A stretch of DNA of 64,000 nt from Haliotis rubra (taxonomy: Eukaryota). Positions 38,861 through 53,800 of the stretch are shown in pieces. Where the stretch lies: positions 186,001-250,000 of the forward strand of contig NW_025765792.1 in assembly GCF_003918875.1 (NCBI RefSeq), given 5' to 3'. The number at the start of each line of letters is the position of its first letter. Positions within the stretch are counted from its first letter, which is position 1. Both the position numbers and the translations under genes were made by a program. The notes under the pieces are model-generated. The model was not told where the DNA came from, ran no database searches, and saw only the letters and a list, made by a program, of their open reading frames with translations.

Positions 38861-41800
38861 ATGCTTGGGTCAGGGGTCAGAGGTCGTGCCCTGCAGGGGG
38901 CGTGGCAAGTTATTCAGAACCACCTGCGACAGATACAGACGAGTGGTGTACAAGCAGCAGCGGCTGCCGACGTCAAGCCATTCTTCTACCAGGATATCTT
39001 TGAACATGAGAAGAAAGCAGAAGTCCCATGGAAAAGGTTGTCAGGTTTGTCTTCAAAAGTTCAATTTGTCTTATTTGATTTGAATTTATCTGCTCGGTTG
39101 TCGGATAAGTTTAGTTTTACGCCGCGCTCAGCAATATTCCAGCTATATGGCGGCGTTCTGTAAATAATCGAATCTGGACCAGACAATCCAGTGATCAACA
39201 GCATGAGCATCGATCTACGCAATTGGGAACCGATGACATGTGTCAACCAAGTCAGCGAGCCTGTCCACCCGATCCTGTTAGTCGCCTCTTACGACAAACA
39301 TGGGTTACTGAAGATCAATTCTAACCCGGATCTTCACGGGTATTAAAACCAGAAAGGCTTTCTTTTTAATAAAGTTCAGACAGTTGAAATGAATTTGCTT
39401 CAACGAAGTTCTCAAAATGGGTATATTCCAAAACACCGGCACATACGCTTTTATTTTTCACATAAATTCTCATGATTGAATTGCGCAATGTTTTTACATG
39501 CCCCCTCCAATCATGGACATTTTGTCATTCTACATGTTATTTGTATGTGGTGACAATGTCATTGTTTTCGTCCTTGTAGGCGACTATGTATCGACGTTTG
39601 ATGTGAAGGGAAGGAAGGTTCTTCACATACAACCTGAAGCCTTGACCTTGCTGGCAGAGAATGCCATGATTGACATTTCTCATCTCCTTCGACCCGGACA
39701 TCTCCAGGTGATATGATCACAACAATATTTCTGTTTCATAATTTTATCTGATTTTTTTTTTAATGTTTTGAAGCATTTGATATGCAAGATTGGAATGGGG
39801 AATTGGTAAATATTCTTATGTACAAAATTGCTGACCCCCAACCCTAGTACATGTGTACAAAACTGATTACCCCCGTCCCCAGAACAAAATTGGTGACACC
39901 CCCCTTAAAATCATCACAAATCCCCCCACCCCAAGCCATAAATTATAAACGGTCCCTAAATATATACAATTTATAGTTATAATTTTCAATTCATCTACAA
40001 TATAGATTTCATCTGACATAGTCGCAATCATAGGTTTCTGTTGTACATGTTGTACACAAGGGACGCAACTCTGTACAGCGAATTGTGGCACCTCTGAGGA
40101 AAGGGTCAGTGATGCCCCTCCCATCCCTTGTTTTGATGGACAAGGTCACATATCATCAGTACTTCAACTCCTCTTACTAAAATCAGATATTTTGCTCCTT
40201 TCAGGTGTGATGTTAGTACAGTCATCTAACATAATCATAATGATAAGTTCTTGGTATGCACAAGGGACATAACTCTGTTCACTGAATTCTGGCACCTTCA
40301 GGGAAAGGGCCAATAGTGCCCATCCCATGTCTTTGTGGACAAGGACACAGATCATCACTACTTCAACTTTTTTTTATTTATTCAGATATTTTCCTCCATT
40401 GGTGTGGTGCCTTTGCAGTGAGATCTGACTAACTAATGGTCTGTTTTGTGTTTTTATTGCAGCAACTGTCAAATATCCTTAAAGATCCTGACGCCTCCAG
40501 TAACGACAAGTTTGTGGCTCTGGAACTGTTGAAGAATGCAAATGTTGCAGCTGGGATGGTACTGCCTGGTTGCCAAGATACAGGAACAGCTATCTGCATT
40601 GGTAGGTATTCAATTTCTTCACTATTCCAGAGTAAGGTTTCAATGGGCAGAATCATTTCATTACTCATATCTTGACTTGGCCGATTTTGAATCATTGCTG
40701 AAGAAAATATGAGTAGAATGAATTGGTGTACTCTTTCCATTGCCATGTAGTTGTATACAAATCAAACATCAATAGCATTTGGGGTACTTGGGCTATCACA
40801 AGGCCCCCAGAAACGTCCGGTCAGACCACCAACATCTCTTGACTGTTCCAAGAACTAAACTGAAACTCTTTGGTGAAAAGGCTTCAGTGCATCAGTCCCA
40901 ATACTTTGGAACACTCTCCCTCCTGCCATAAAGAATTCACCAACTATTGTCTCTTTTAAGTCCCAGTTAAAAACCCACCTGTTTGCTAAATATTACTCTG
41001 AGTGATCTCTTCCAGTCCTGTTGAGACGTGTTTTACTGTTTGTACAGTATATCAAGTTTGTAGTGTGACAGTATATCAAGCGCTTTGAGCATGCATGCTG
41101 GATGGACTATAGCGCTATACAGGGGCGTAGGAACGGGGGGGCGCTTGGGTGGGCTTAGCCCCCAACTTTTTAAAACGAAACCATATCTACTTTACCATAA
41201 CTACAATTTCATTTTGATTTTCAATACTTTTCATAAATTGGCCCCCCACTCTGATAACCGTTCCTACGCCCCTGCTATACAAATACCCCTATATATTGAT
41301 CAGATTTAGAGTTATCTCCCTTCCACAATACACCCTCATTCCCTGTGTCCGTGTGTTTGTGTGTGTCTGTTATGAGGACTGCTTGTACATGTACTGTTAT
41401 TGTGAACAATATGAACAGGGCTCTTAGGTAAGTGACTCTCAGAGTTTGAGTTCGAATCCCGGATGGGACTCAACCTAACAGAAGTACTAGAATCAGTACT
41501 TTATTGAGAAAGTGTAATCCCAAATATCACATATGTTAAACTTGAATATGTCCTTGGTCTTGCAGCAGGTCTTGGCTAAGGCCATCATGGTGATGTCTTT
41601 CAATGTTTGCCTCCAGGTAAGAAAGGTCAGTATGTGTGGACAGAGGGGAGGGATGAGGATGCTCTTTCAAGAGGGGTATACAACACTTACACCAAGAGGA
41701 ACCTCAGGTATTCCCAGGTAATAATGAGTGAGTGAGTGAGATTAGTTTCATGCCGCTTTTAGCAATATTCCAGAAATATCACAGCGGGGAACACCGGAAA

Positions 41801-44800
41801 TGGGCTTCACACATTGTACCCATGAAGGGAATCGAACCCAGATCTTCAGTGTGACGCTTTAACCACTAGGCTACCCCACCGTCCCTGGTAATAATTGACA
41901 GATGAACTGTGTATTGATAAACCATTAACAAGAAATGTTTGGTTACTTTTAAGTTTTCCTTAAATATGCAGTGAGCTTTTCTAATTTGGCTGCTGGTTCT
42001 AAAACACTCACCTCTTACACTCTCATATGAATATCCACCTAGATGGCGCCACTGGACATGTTTAAAGAGGTCAACACGAAGACAAACCTTCCTGCCCAGA
42101 TCGAGCTGTACGCCACAGATTCCTCTCAGTATGACTTCCTGTTTATGGCCAAGGGAGGTGGCTCGGCCAACAAGACATTCCTCTATCAACAAACAAAGGC
42201 GTTGCTGAATCCTGAAAGACTTATGAAGTTTGTAGATGAAAAAATTAAGGTCAGTAATCAATATATGTGAGAAATGTAACATATGTTATATTTGGGATTA
42301 CACTTTCTCAGTAAAGTACAGATTCTAGTACTTTTTAAGGTTGAGTCCCATCCGGGATTCGAACCCACACCCTCAGAGTCAGGCCCCTAATCGCCAGCAC
42401 ACAATGTCAGACGCCTAGACCGCTCAGCCACCGTGGCTTCCACAAAAATGGAAGTCGGACAACTGGTAGTCCAGACTGCGGACTTTGTGTACCCCTCTGA
42501 TAAGTGTCAGCCGCTGTGGCTGAGCGGTCGATACGATGTGATTCTGAAGAATCTGCTCACGGTAATAAAGGGCATTAACTCTCTCTTGACAAACATGAAG
42601 GCAGTCCCGTGATTGTAATTTATTCCACCTTAGACCATGACACTCCCCGCACCCAAAGGTCTGTCTGAACCACACACTCCTCAGCATAACGTTCACCACG
42701 TCTACACCAAACACATAATCGTCCGTCAGCATTACATAGATGAAGACGTGACTCGTCAGTGACTACCACACCATGCTATTGTTGTAACCTTTACTGAAAA
42801 TGCCTGCTAGCCCATTGTATACGCTCATTACGGTGTCTGTCAGTCAGAATTGGTCCAACGTAAGGACGTCGAGTATGGAGCCCTGTAGCGTGAAAACGGC
42901 GTCGCATGGAGTCATCGCTGATGACCCCAACGTCAACCCTGAACTAGTTCAGCAGTCCTGGCAGTCGGCAGTGTTCAATCACCGATATGGACAAGGTGAA
43001 TATGGCGATCCTGATGGAACGTCGTAACACGTTGTTGCCAACGTCATTGAAGGTCACGGGTGCTGCCTGTCTACTGATGTCGTCTATGAAGCCTAATGAT
43101 GGTGGAGTGGCCAAGTCCAAGTTGTCGAGCAGCATTCCTGCTGCTGGTGCCATCCTGAATCATGCCTAGTGCACGTTCTCCTTTGTGAGGTGTTAACCTC
43201 GGCATCTCTGTCCTCGTTTCACAATCGTTAGTGAAGCAATGAGAATCGGTTCTCATACACCTGCTTTTAATGTCACAGTCGGTATGATTTCAGAATGAAA
43301 TTCGCGCTTCTTTCATGGCGTGGCTGCATGTTGATGCAAGTTGAGTCATACTGTGGACAGGAATTTGCTTCTAAACCATTTTTTTCAACTGGACATGCCC
43401 TTCGACTTCATGTTAGTTATATTCATTGATCATTGTCATGCTGAAATCCATCTTGATGAAAATATGGACAATTTTAGACTGGTGCGTTTTCAATGATATT
43501 CAGTATATTTGAGCAACAGACGCCGGTCAGTTATGATTGGTGATACTAAATCTGAAAGTATCACGCTACTCTGTGGGGTTCCCCAAGGATCTGTGCTAGG
43601 TCCAGTCCTGTTTGTGATGTACACAAGTAGTCTCAGCTCCAGCATCAGACAGTATGGGCTGAACCACCATGCATATGCTGACGACACCCAGCTTTATCAA
43701 GGTTTCAAAGCAAGCGAAACAGTCGATGCACTTGTAAGATATACTGATTGCACTAAATCAATAAAAACATGGATGACATCAAACATATTAAAACGATGGA
43801 AACACTGAGGCCTTACTCGTTGGACCCAGACAGCGCATTCAACAGTGGAAAATCATGTCAGTGGGTGTTGGAGACCTGGGTGTCATCTTTGATTCTCCCT
43901 TGTCAATGGAAGCCCTAGTTATCAAGTGTGCCAGACCTGCTACTTCCATCTAAGAACTATTGGTAATATTCGCCATCTTATTACCACAGACGTAACAAAG
44001 ACACTAGTCCAACTACTCGTGATGTCCCGCATTGACTACAGCAACAGTCCGTTGTATGGTTTGAGTCAGGAACTGCTGAACAAACTCCAGAAGGTACAAA
44101 ATAGGGCAGCTCGTATTGTGAGATGTCACATAACACAGGTATTGATGTCCCTACACTGGCTTCCAATAGAAGCCCGGATCCACTTCAAGATCTTGTGTTT
44201 TGCCTACCACTGTTTGAATGGTACATCACCGAGCTATCTATCAGAACAGATCTCTCCATACCAGCCTTCACGATGTCTAAGGTCTGAAAACCAATGCCTA
44301 CTTGCAGAACCAAACTCACGACTAAAATCCTACGGCAACAGATCGTTTCAAGTAGCAGCATCTCAGTTATGGAACTCACTACCTCAGAACATAAAAGAAT
44401 CCCCCACCCTTGAGACATTCAAAACCAACCTAAAACCTTTCTCTTCAGAAAGTTCTATCCCCACGAACTATCTCCTCCCGTGAACTTCTCATCTGTGACT
44501 ATTGTAGCGCCTTGAGCATGCACCTTTGTGGATGGAACCCAGCGCAATATAAATAGACATTATTATTATTGTTATTATATGAATGAATATGTATCACTTG
44601 TTGAAAGGACAGGTGTTTTTTGCATTGTTTCAATATAATGTATATTTTCATCTGGTTGGCAAAGTGAACATAAGGCCTAAAAAGAAAAATGTTGTGGTTC
44701 CGATTACCCGACCGACCCTGGTGCCGACCCTATTTTTAAAAAAAAATATAATAAGCGTTCAGATACCATTGCTTTTTCCAGGCACCGACGGACATCGGTC

Positions 44801-47800
44801 ATTCTGGTAGTGAAAGTTGACATGGTGGCCGCAAGCTTGATTAAATACACAATTAAACATTGATAAATGTGTTATTAGTTTGTACTTTACTTCTAAAAAA
44901 AGTAAAAAAATATATTAAAAATTCCTATCTACCCAAATTTTAAAGAGCTGTAATCGGAACCACAACATTTTTTATTTGGCCAAAGTGACATGTAGAATAT
45001 TGAAAGTTGGTTACTGATTGGGTTCAGATTCTGTGACCAAAAATATATTGCTTTTTGACAATGTAATTGTCTAGTTTCTTGTAGATATTGTATCTATTTT
45101 ATGCATACTTTACCATGTTTTCAGATTTCTCATTTGAAACCAAATAGTCATTTGCATGATAATTACAATGTTAAAATATGAAATGTTTTTTTCTGAACAG
45201 TTAGGGACAGGTCCTTTATTGTAAGGGGAACAAATTGGGCAGGGTAGAAATATGACTGTCTCAAGGGAAAGTGATCTAAAATAATATGGATAGTTGGGAG
45301 GTTCAGGAAAAATGGACATTTTATGACAAAATGTACAGTTCTTTTCTATTTCGTCTTTTTGGTGAGGGTCATGAAAATTTGTACAAGGACATAGGGAAAG
45401 TCATCCCAAAACTTGACAAGCTTGAGGGGAGGATAATGATTTGTAGTATTTCAGTGCAACAAAAGCCTCTGACTCTTTCTTCTTCCAGACATTAGGTACA
45501 GCTGCCTGCCCTCCCTATCATCTGGCCATCGTGATTGGAGGAACGTCAGCAGAACTCACATTGAAGACCGTCAAACTGGCCTCCACACGATACCTGGATA
45601 CTCTCCCCTTGTCAGGTAATGATGGTGGTGGTGGAATTGGGTTTAACGCCGTGCTTGAGAATATTTCGCTCACATGACGACGTGCATGCGTGTGTATGTG
45701 TTTGTGTGGCTGCTTGCACTAGCCCAGACTGAAGCTGGTTTTATAGTGCTAGCCCACTGAGATACCATGCCGCAGTGAAGCATGAATACCCCACTCAGAC
45801 ACATTATATTGACTCCGAGCCGACCAGTCCTTGTTGTACCCATTAATGCCGAGCGCCAGGCAGGGACCAACAAGTACCATATTTTAACGTCTTTTTGGTG
45901 TGAGGAGACCATGGATCGAACCTGCGACCTTCCGCTCTCCAGGCGGACGTCAGGTAATGATACGTTATAGGGATAACATTGTTCTGTAACTTTGTGTGGC
46001 CTGGGAACCTTTGGTAACAAATTTTGGAGGTTCCAGGGTATCCGACTAGATGAAGATTTCAAACCAAAACCTTTTTGATGCAGAGTAAACCATACTCACT
46101 CACATGTTTTTCATTTATCAGGCAATGACCATGGCAGAGCTTTTCGTGACCTTGAACTGGAGCAGCAAATCCACAAACTGACTCAGAAAATGGGGATTGG
46201 TGCTCAGTTTGGCGGCAAATATTTCTGTCATGATGTGCGAGTCATCCGCCTACCGAGACATGGAGCTTCCTGCCCTGTGGGTATAGGGGTGTCGTGTTCA
46301 GCAGACAGACAGGTAAGGCTTGTTAGTTGGGATGGTAAGGTAGCGAGGTGGTTAAAATGTTTAACGATGAGACCTAAGTTCGAATCCTGTTTTGAGTCCC
46401 TCTGAATTGTCGTTGATGGAAACACATTGAGAAGGGCTGCAACGATTTGGTTCATCGGAAATCGAATCTGACACCTTAGTTTCGATTTTCAGTAACCATT
46501 ATCACTATTTCGATTCGATATTTGAGTGATGTTCTGTGTTTAAACATCATATCGTATATATATGAAAAAGGTTACATCATTTACATTCCTGATTTTCTAG
46601 TGAAATCTTGGAAAAAGTTTTCAGTGTGATAAGTGTTTTTAAATAAACTCTGAAATCTGATGTTTTACTTGTATGAAGAATCGAATCGAAAATGATCGAA
46701 TCGAGGGTCCAATATCTGGAAAGCTCGTAAAACTAAAATCAGAATGACAAGGTCTGGGTGAATCGTTCGCAGCCCGAACATTGAAGTGCAGCCCTAACAG
46801 AGATTTTCTATTTCTCAGAAAGTATCCTCAACATATTTTAGCAAGATTGCTTCTTCTTTAGGCACTTGGCAAAATAACAGAAGAGGGCGTGTTTCTTGAA
46901 CAGCTGGAGACTGATCCCATCAAGTATCTTCCTGAGGTGGAGGCAGAGGACCTGGGAGGAGAGGTTGTGCAGGTAACATATTGTACCAGATGGCTCAACT
47001 CAAACACTAATACCTGTGAAGATCTGGGTTAGAACTGGTTTTCAGCAACCCATGCTTGTCGTAAAAGGTGACTAATTGGATCGGGTGGTCAGGCTTGCTG
47101 ACTTGGTTGATACATCGTATCCCAGTTGCGTAGATTGATGCTCACGCTGTTGATCACCGGATTGCCTGATCTAGACTTCGTTATTTACAGGCCGACTCCA
47201 TATAGCTAGGATTTTCGTGAGTGTGGCGTTGAAGAACAAAACAAACAAAGCAGGTCAGAATAGAGGTTACATCTCAAATGAAAATGTTGTTTAAGCTGTT
47301 GGGGATCCCTAATGGCAAATTAAATAATGAAATATAATTTCAAATCTGTTAAATTAATGAATATGAAACCAACAAAGCAGGAGTCTGGTTGAGTCTTATC
47401 TATCTCCGTTATCCTTGTGTAACCGTAAAGAAATATACAGTGAAAGGGGAAGAAATATTACATCAATGCGTTAAGCAGTAGAGCTGAAACGGTATGCTCT
47501 TCACGGTACGGTATGTAGCATTTATTAAGAGAATTTAACATTTTCCTTCCATTGTTGGTACGGGTCTCGCTCAGTTCATCTCAAATCTAAAATAGACAAA
47601 ATTGTTAACACTGCAAGTAAAATCGCTGGAGTCAGATTTGAATTTTTATCATCAATATATGAGCGGCAACTCGTGAATCAAGCTGTAAAAATCATATCTG
47701 ACCGTACTCACTGCTTAAATTCGGAATACAACCTCCTCCCTTCAGGCCGCCGCTACAAAGTTCCAATTGTGAAAACTAAGAGAGACCGTACATCCTTTAT

Positions 47801-50800
47801 TCCAAGTACCATATCTCTCTTAAACAAATGCGAAGATACCTAAATCAAAGAATTTATGTAAATATGTTTGGTATCTCTCTAATGTGTCAGTAGCTCTGCT
47901 GATGTAACACAAATTCCTGAAAAGGCATTAGAGTATTATTCTATACCATTCTATTCTATCTTCACGGTTCAGTCTGTTTCGGTTCGGTATATGATAACTT
48001 ACTTCCAGGAAAAAAAACGGCCGTCGAGCAAAGAAATACATAGATTTTGACAAAGTGATTCGATTTCTAGACATTTTAGAAAAGGTTTAAAATATCAATA
48101 AAATGACGGTACGAAAACCGAAAATACTGAATTTTTAGATTGCATTACGGTGTAGTACCTAAACCGAGGGCAAAATACAGCGGTTCTACTAATACTGCAG
48201 TTTACCGTTTCACCCCTATTAAGAAGGGTTTAGTTGTTAACTGTGATGTCAATAGAGCAGCTGTCAGTTTGCAAATGGCAATAGTTGGCATCCTTAGAAT
48301 ACCCATGAAGCTTTTCAAGATAATACAAATATACTATTAGTCTGAAACACAATTAGGAATTGTTCCGTGAAGTTCAAAATAGTAGCTGCTTAGAGGATTG
48401 TGAAATTAATTATGTATGCATTCTCATTTGCAAACCGATATTCAGTCACTGAACTAAAAATTTGTGAAGCATGTAATTTCTTATCTACGTTCTGTACTCT
48501 CTCTCTTATGCTCGACAGCAGAGTGGAAACAAACTGTAACTGAAGTTTTTTGCCTCTCGTGTACCATTCGCCCGAACACACCCTGCTGCACCCATATCTA
48601 GACAGTCTGGCAGCTCCTGAAAAGCGTGAAGCTTGTCCTAAGATTGACCATGTGATCCCTTTGTGTAGTTATTCTTTTTCTTGTCGCACTAGGGTGCTGA
48701 TGTGCTGTGAACTGTGGCAAATGAACTGACTTAAATAACCCTTAACATCATTGGGAAAGAAGATTCAACGTCAAGAAAAAGAAAAGATTGCATGGACTGC
48801 AAGAAGACGTTCTCCATCTCGGACCCACATGCATCCTGCATTGACTGCAATGGTCTTTGAGATTGGAAGACCAGGTACCGCCTATGCGCCAAGTTGAATG
48901 ATAACAACTTTGCTAACTATACTCCAGACATAAGTCAGATGAATCAGGCTCCACTTCAGCTTAGAGATCGGAGAAAGAAAGATCTGATAAGAAGTCACAC
49001 AGAGCTTCCTCTTTGATGTCTGATTTTCTGGATGCACCTTACTTAAGTGAGTATTTGAGACGAAGCAGATGCAGCAATCAGAAACGCCCGCTAAATCAGA
49101 CCTCATGGGACAAACGCTACAGAGTAGACCTGTTTCGCCAACCATGGTCGAGTCCTTGCCTATTCAACGGGATCATCCATGACTTATCTACCAATGTGGA
49201 GAGAGATACTCAGTTCCAAGTCTCGGTCAAACTTCTGAAACTACAGAGGATGCAAGTACAAGACTCAGATGCCTGGATCAGTATGTTGAGACAAATCCCG
49301 ACTTATGAGATTCCTTTCGGGGCAGAAACTGCAGAGTTTTCCTGGGTCATAGCGAAAAATCAACTGCCAGGGCAACCGGATAGACTCTTCACTTTACCGC
49401 CATTGTCCACCATACTCGGGCCTGACGATACTCTGTCCAGTAAGAGCTCTGAGGATACACATCGCTGCCTCGCAAGACTGTCGCAGGTTACATAATCGCA
49501 TGTTTATCCCGCTCTCAACAGCCTCTAGAGCAGAAGTCTCCCACACCATGTTGGCCTTCTGTATGAGATCAACCATCCTCTAGGCCTTCGCCAGGTTCCC
49601 CGTCCAGCTGCGTCGAACCCTCATGAGACTCGGGCCTAGCATCTACAATGGATTTTCACAGCAGCTATTCGTTGACATCTATTATGGAGGGATGTTTCTG
49701 GACATCAGAGACAGTCTTTGTCCCCCACTACGTACGAGACCTCTCAGTGACTGATGTAGAAGGACTCCATCAGTTTGGGCCCTTTTTACTGGCGCATCAG
49801 CTGTCCTTGGCCCAACAACACAGACAGTGTAACGTTATCCTCTGTCCATGGAATCGGTGTTACCTTGTAAAAGTGAATCAAGGTGTCTTCATACGACTTC
49901 ATCTTGGTCCTACTTTCCTTGGGCATGGATCTTCCTCGCCTAGAACCACACTGGAGTATTGCAGTGCATTCATCGCTGGGCAACTTCATCATAGACTGAG
50001 AGGCCAGTCTTGTACTACGATGCAGAGGTGATTGACACTCATACTCGTTGACCTCCACCCTAGCAAGCAATCACGTCAGTGGAGTATGAATACCGAATTT
50101 CAGTGGATTCCGATGCGCTCTGTTCCTGGCTGCCGGACATATCCTTGATCAAGCTTAAGCAAAGGAGCATGGGTCATTCGATGAATGTTAAACAGTTGAG
50201 ATAACCGAACCGTCCGCCTTTCGCCGTTATATGTGATCGCAGGGGTGGTTTCGAAGCAGGGGCTGGCCTGACTAGAGTCACAAGACAAGAAGAAAGTCAG
50301 GGAAACTTGTCTGACAAATGATACAGTGTGAAACGCACATAAACACGCACAGCCAATGTCAAATTGATCATTGCTGACACCTTTTCATGATTTTTGCTGC
50401 CCATGTTTAGTTTTGGGCTAGTTTCTCGGTGAAAGGTTACTTTATTTTGCACAAATCGTGTTGGCAGAAATGCTTTGTAAACTGCCTGAAACCGAACATG
50501 AAACACGACAACAATGGTGACAACTAATGTTATTTAGGTGACTACCATTGACTGGCGAATACAAGACTTATATCCCAATGACTACTTTGCCCATCTTGTA
50601 CCCCATGTTTTATAGGTTGATCTGAACCGACCAATGAGCGAGGTGCTGCAACAACTTAACGAGTATCCAATCAAAACTCGTCTGACGCTAACAGGGACGC
50701 TGGTGGTTGCGAGGGACATCGCCCATGCCAAGCTGCAGGAGAGGTTAGACAAAGGGGAAGGGATGCCCCAGTATATGAAGGACCACCCATTGTACTATGC

Positions 50801-53800
50801 TGGGCCTGCCAAAACACCTGAGGTAAGGGAAAAAACTCTGGAATAAAGACCATGATCGGTAGCATTGCACAAATACACGGATATTTTTGTTGCATCTTGA
50901 CCAGATTTCGAATTCCAATTTGGGATTTAATTCTTCCTGATATCTCTGGAATATTGAGAAAAATATACAAATATATAATAAATGTACATAAAAGACTGAT
51001 GCCTATTTAACAGTATGTGTAGCAGTCCAGTTGAGAAGTGGTCAGAACAAGTGTCAGCTGATTCTTCTTCCAACCATTTGTATCAATGTTCCAGTCTTCA
51101 TTCTCCCGACAGTGAATGTTTTGTAGCCAAGATTTCATCACAATTCTTCAGCACTATGCTTGTGCAGAAATGAGTAGCACAACAGTAGTATTGTGTCATT
51201 AAACAAAAAACAAATAATATGTATGAACCGGACATTTATTTTCTCTGATCCAGGGGTATGCAAGTGGATCATTTGGCCCCACATCAGCGGGCAGGATGGA
51301 CTCCTATGCAAACTCGTTCCTTGCAGCAGGGGGAAGCAAGGTCATGTTGGCCAAGGGCAACCGCAGTCGCCTGGTCAGTTAGGAGGGATAGGGAGTTTGC
51401 CAACTGTAAACCTCAAATCTTTCATGCTCAATGTTCGATTCTTAAAATAACTTTCAGGAATTGGAAATGGTTTTATATCTCTCAATGAAGTTCATGGGAC
51501 AAACTTTTCAAGTTACATTGGCTTCTTGTCTAGTCCATCATCAAGGTTTTCTTCTCAAGTATTTCTTCTTGTTGGGATTCTTAAGTTTCTATATCTAACA
51601 ACCAGTGTTAGGGGTTGTCCACACAGGTAACCAAACTCCCTGTCCACGCAGGTAACCAAACTCCCTTTCTGAACAGGTAACCAAACTCCATGTCAACACA
51701 GGTTACCAACTTCACTGTCCACAGAGGTAACTAAACTGCATGTCCACGCAGGTTACCAAACTCCATGTCCGAACATGTAACCAAATTACAAAACTCCATG
51801 TCCACACAGGTAACCAATTTCCATGTCCACACAGGTTACCAAACTCCATGTCTACACAGGTAACCAAATTCCATGTCCACACAGGTTACCAAACTCCATG
51901 TACACAGGTAACCAAACTCCATGTCTACACAGGTAACCAAATTCCATGTCCACACAGATAACCAAACTCCCTGTGCACGCAGGTAACCAAACTCCCTCTC
52001 TGAACAGGTAACCAAACTCCATGTCTACACAGGTTACCAAATTCACTGTCCACAGAGGTAACTAAACTGCATGTCCATGGAGGTTACCAAACTCCATGTC
52101 CGAACATGTAACCAAATTACAAAACTCCATGTCCACACAGGTAACCAAATTCCATGTCCACACAGGTAACCAAACTCCATGTCCAAACAGGTAACAAACA
52201 CTAAGTCCACACAGGTAACAAACCTCCATGTTCATACAGGTAACGAAAGCATGCAAGACCCACGGAGGGTTCTACCTGGCATCCGTCGGGGGCCCAGCAG
52301 CCATTCTGGCCCAGAACTACATAAAAAATGTCGAAGTCCTTGAATATCCTGAACTTGGTAAGTTGTTAACCCCTTTCCCAAAACAATTGTATGGAACTGA
52401 CAGATGTAAGTCCATATTAAACTGCATTCGATTACAATAATCATAGCTCTTCAAACCCAGGGTTTCAATCTACAACGCCGTGTTTTCAATATGATGATCA
52501 TTACTATATATTAATGTCTCGGCCTGAGGACTGACTAAATGAATCAGGGCTCAGGACAATATGGAAATATTCATAAACTTGTGTTGCATCAGAACCACGA
52601 ACTGGACCAATGGTCACAAAGATCATGTATGAGTGAGTGAGTTTAGTTTTACGCCGCACTCAGCAATATTCCAGCTATATGGCGGCGGTCTGTAAATAAT
52701 CGAGTCTGGACCAGACAATCCAGTGATCAACTGCATGAGCATCGATCTGCGCAATTGGGAACCGATGACATTTGTCAACCAAGTCAGCGAAACTGACCAC
52801 CCGATCCCGTTAGTCGCCTCTTACGACAAGATAGTCGCCTTTTTATGGCAAGCACATGGGTTGCTGAAGACCTATTCTACCCCGGATCTTCACGGGTCAA
52901 GATCATGTATAGTCTGATGTGAAAATAGTGACTGAGTTTAGTTTTACGCCGCACTCAGCAATATTGCAACTATGTGATGGCGGTCTGTAAGTAATCGAGT
53001 CTGGACCAGACAATCCAGTGATCAACAGCATGAGCATCGATCTGCGCAATTGGGAACCGATGACATGTGTCAACCAGGCCAGCGAGCCTGACCACCTGAT
53101 CGCATTAGTCCCCTCCTACGACAAGCATGGGTTACTGAAGGTTCATTCTAACCCGGACCTTCACGGGTCTGATGTGAAAATATGGAAGACTGTACTCTAC
53201 ATAACATATGTTATATTTGGGATTACACTTTCTTAGTAAGGTACAAATTCTAGTACTTTTTGTTGGGTTGAGTCCCATCCGGGATTTGAACCCACACCCT
53301 CAGAGTTTGGCACCTAATCACCAGCACATAAAGTCAGCCGCCTAACCCACTAAGCCACTAAGACTTCCACCAAAATGGAAGTCGGACAACTGGTAGTCTA
53401 GACTGCGGACTTTGTGTACCCCTCTGATATGTTTATACTCTACGGCTTTGAACCAAGTTTAGAGGTTGTACACAGAGCCACATATGCAACTGTGACATTG
53501 CCTCTAAGAGATGAGGACAATCATTAACGGCCTGCTTGATAAAATGTGCGTTCTAGAATGACTTCAATGCTACTTGAAAGGACTGACAAGCCAAGAGATA
53601 TTAAGGCAGCGTAATCCTTTGTCAGTATTCAACATTTTTTTCAAGGTAAAAGTGTCAGAGAAAGTTTTCATTTGGCAGTAATCCACCGTGGTTGTTTTGC
53701 AGGTATGGAGGCAATATGGCGAGTGGAGGTAGAGAATTTCCCAGCATTCATTGTGGTGGACAATAAAGGAAATGACTTTTTCCAGGAATGGCAGCTGGAG

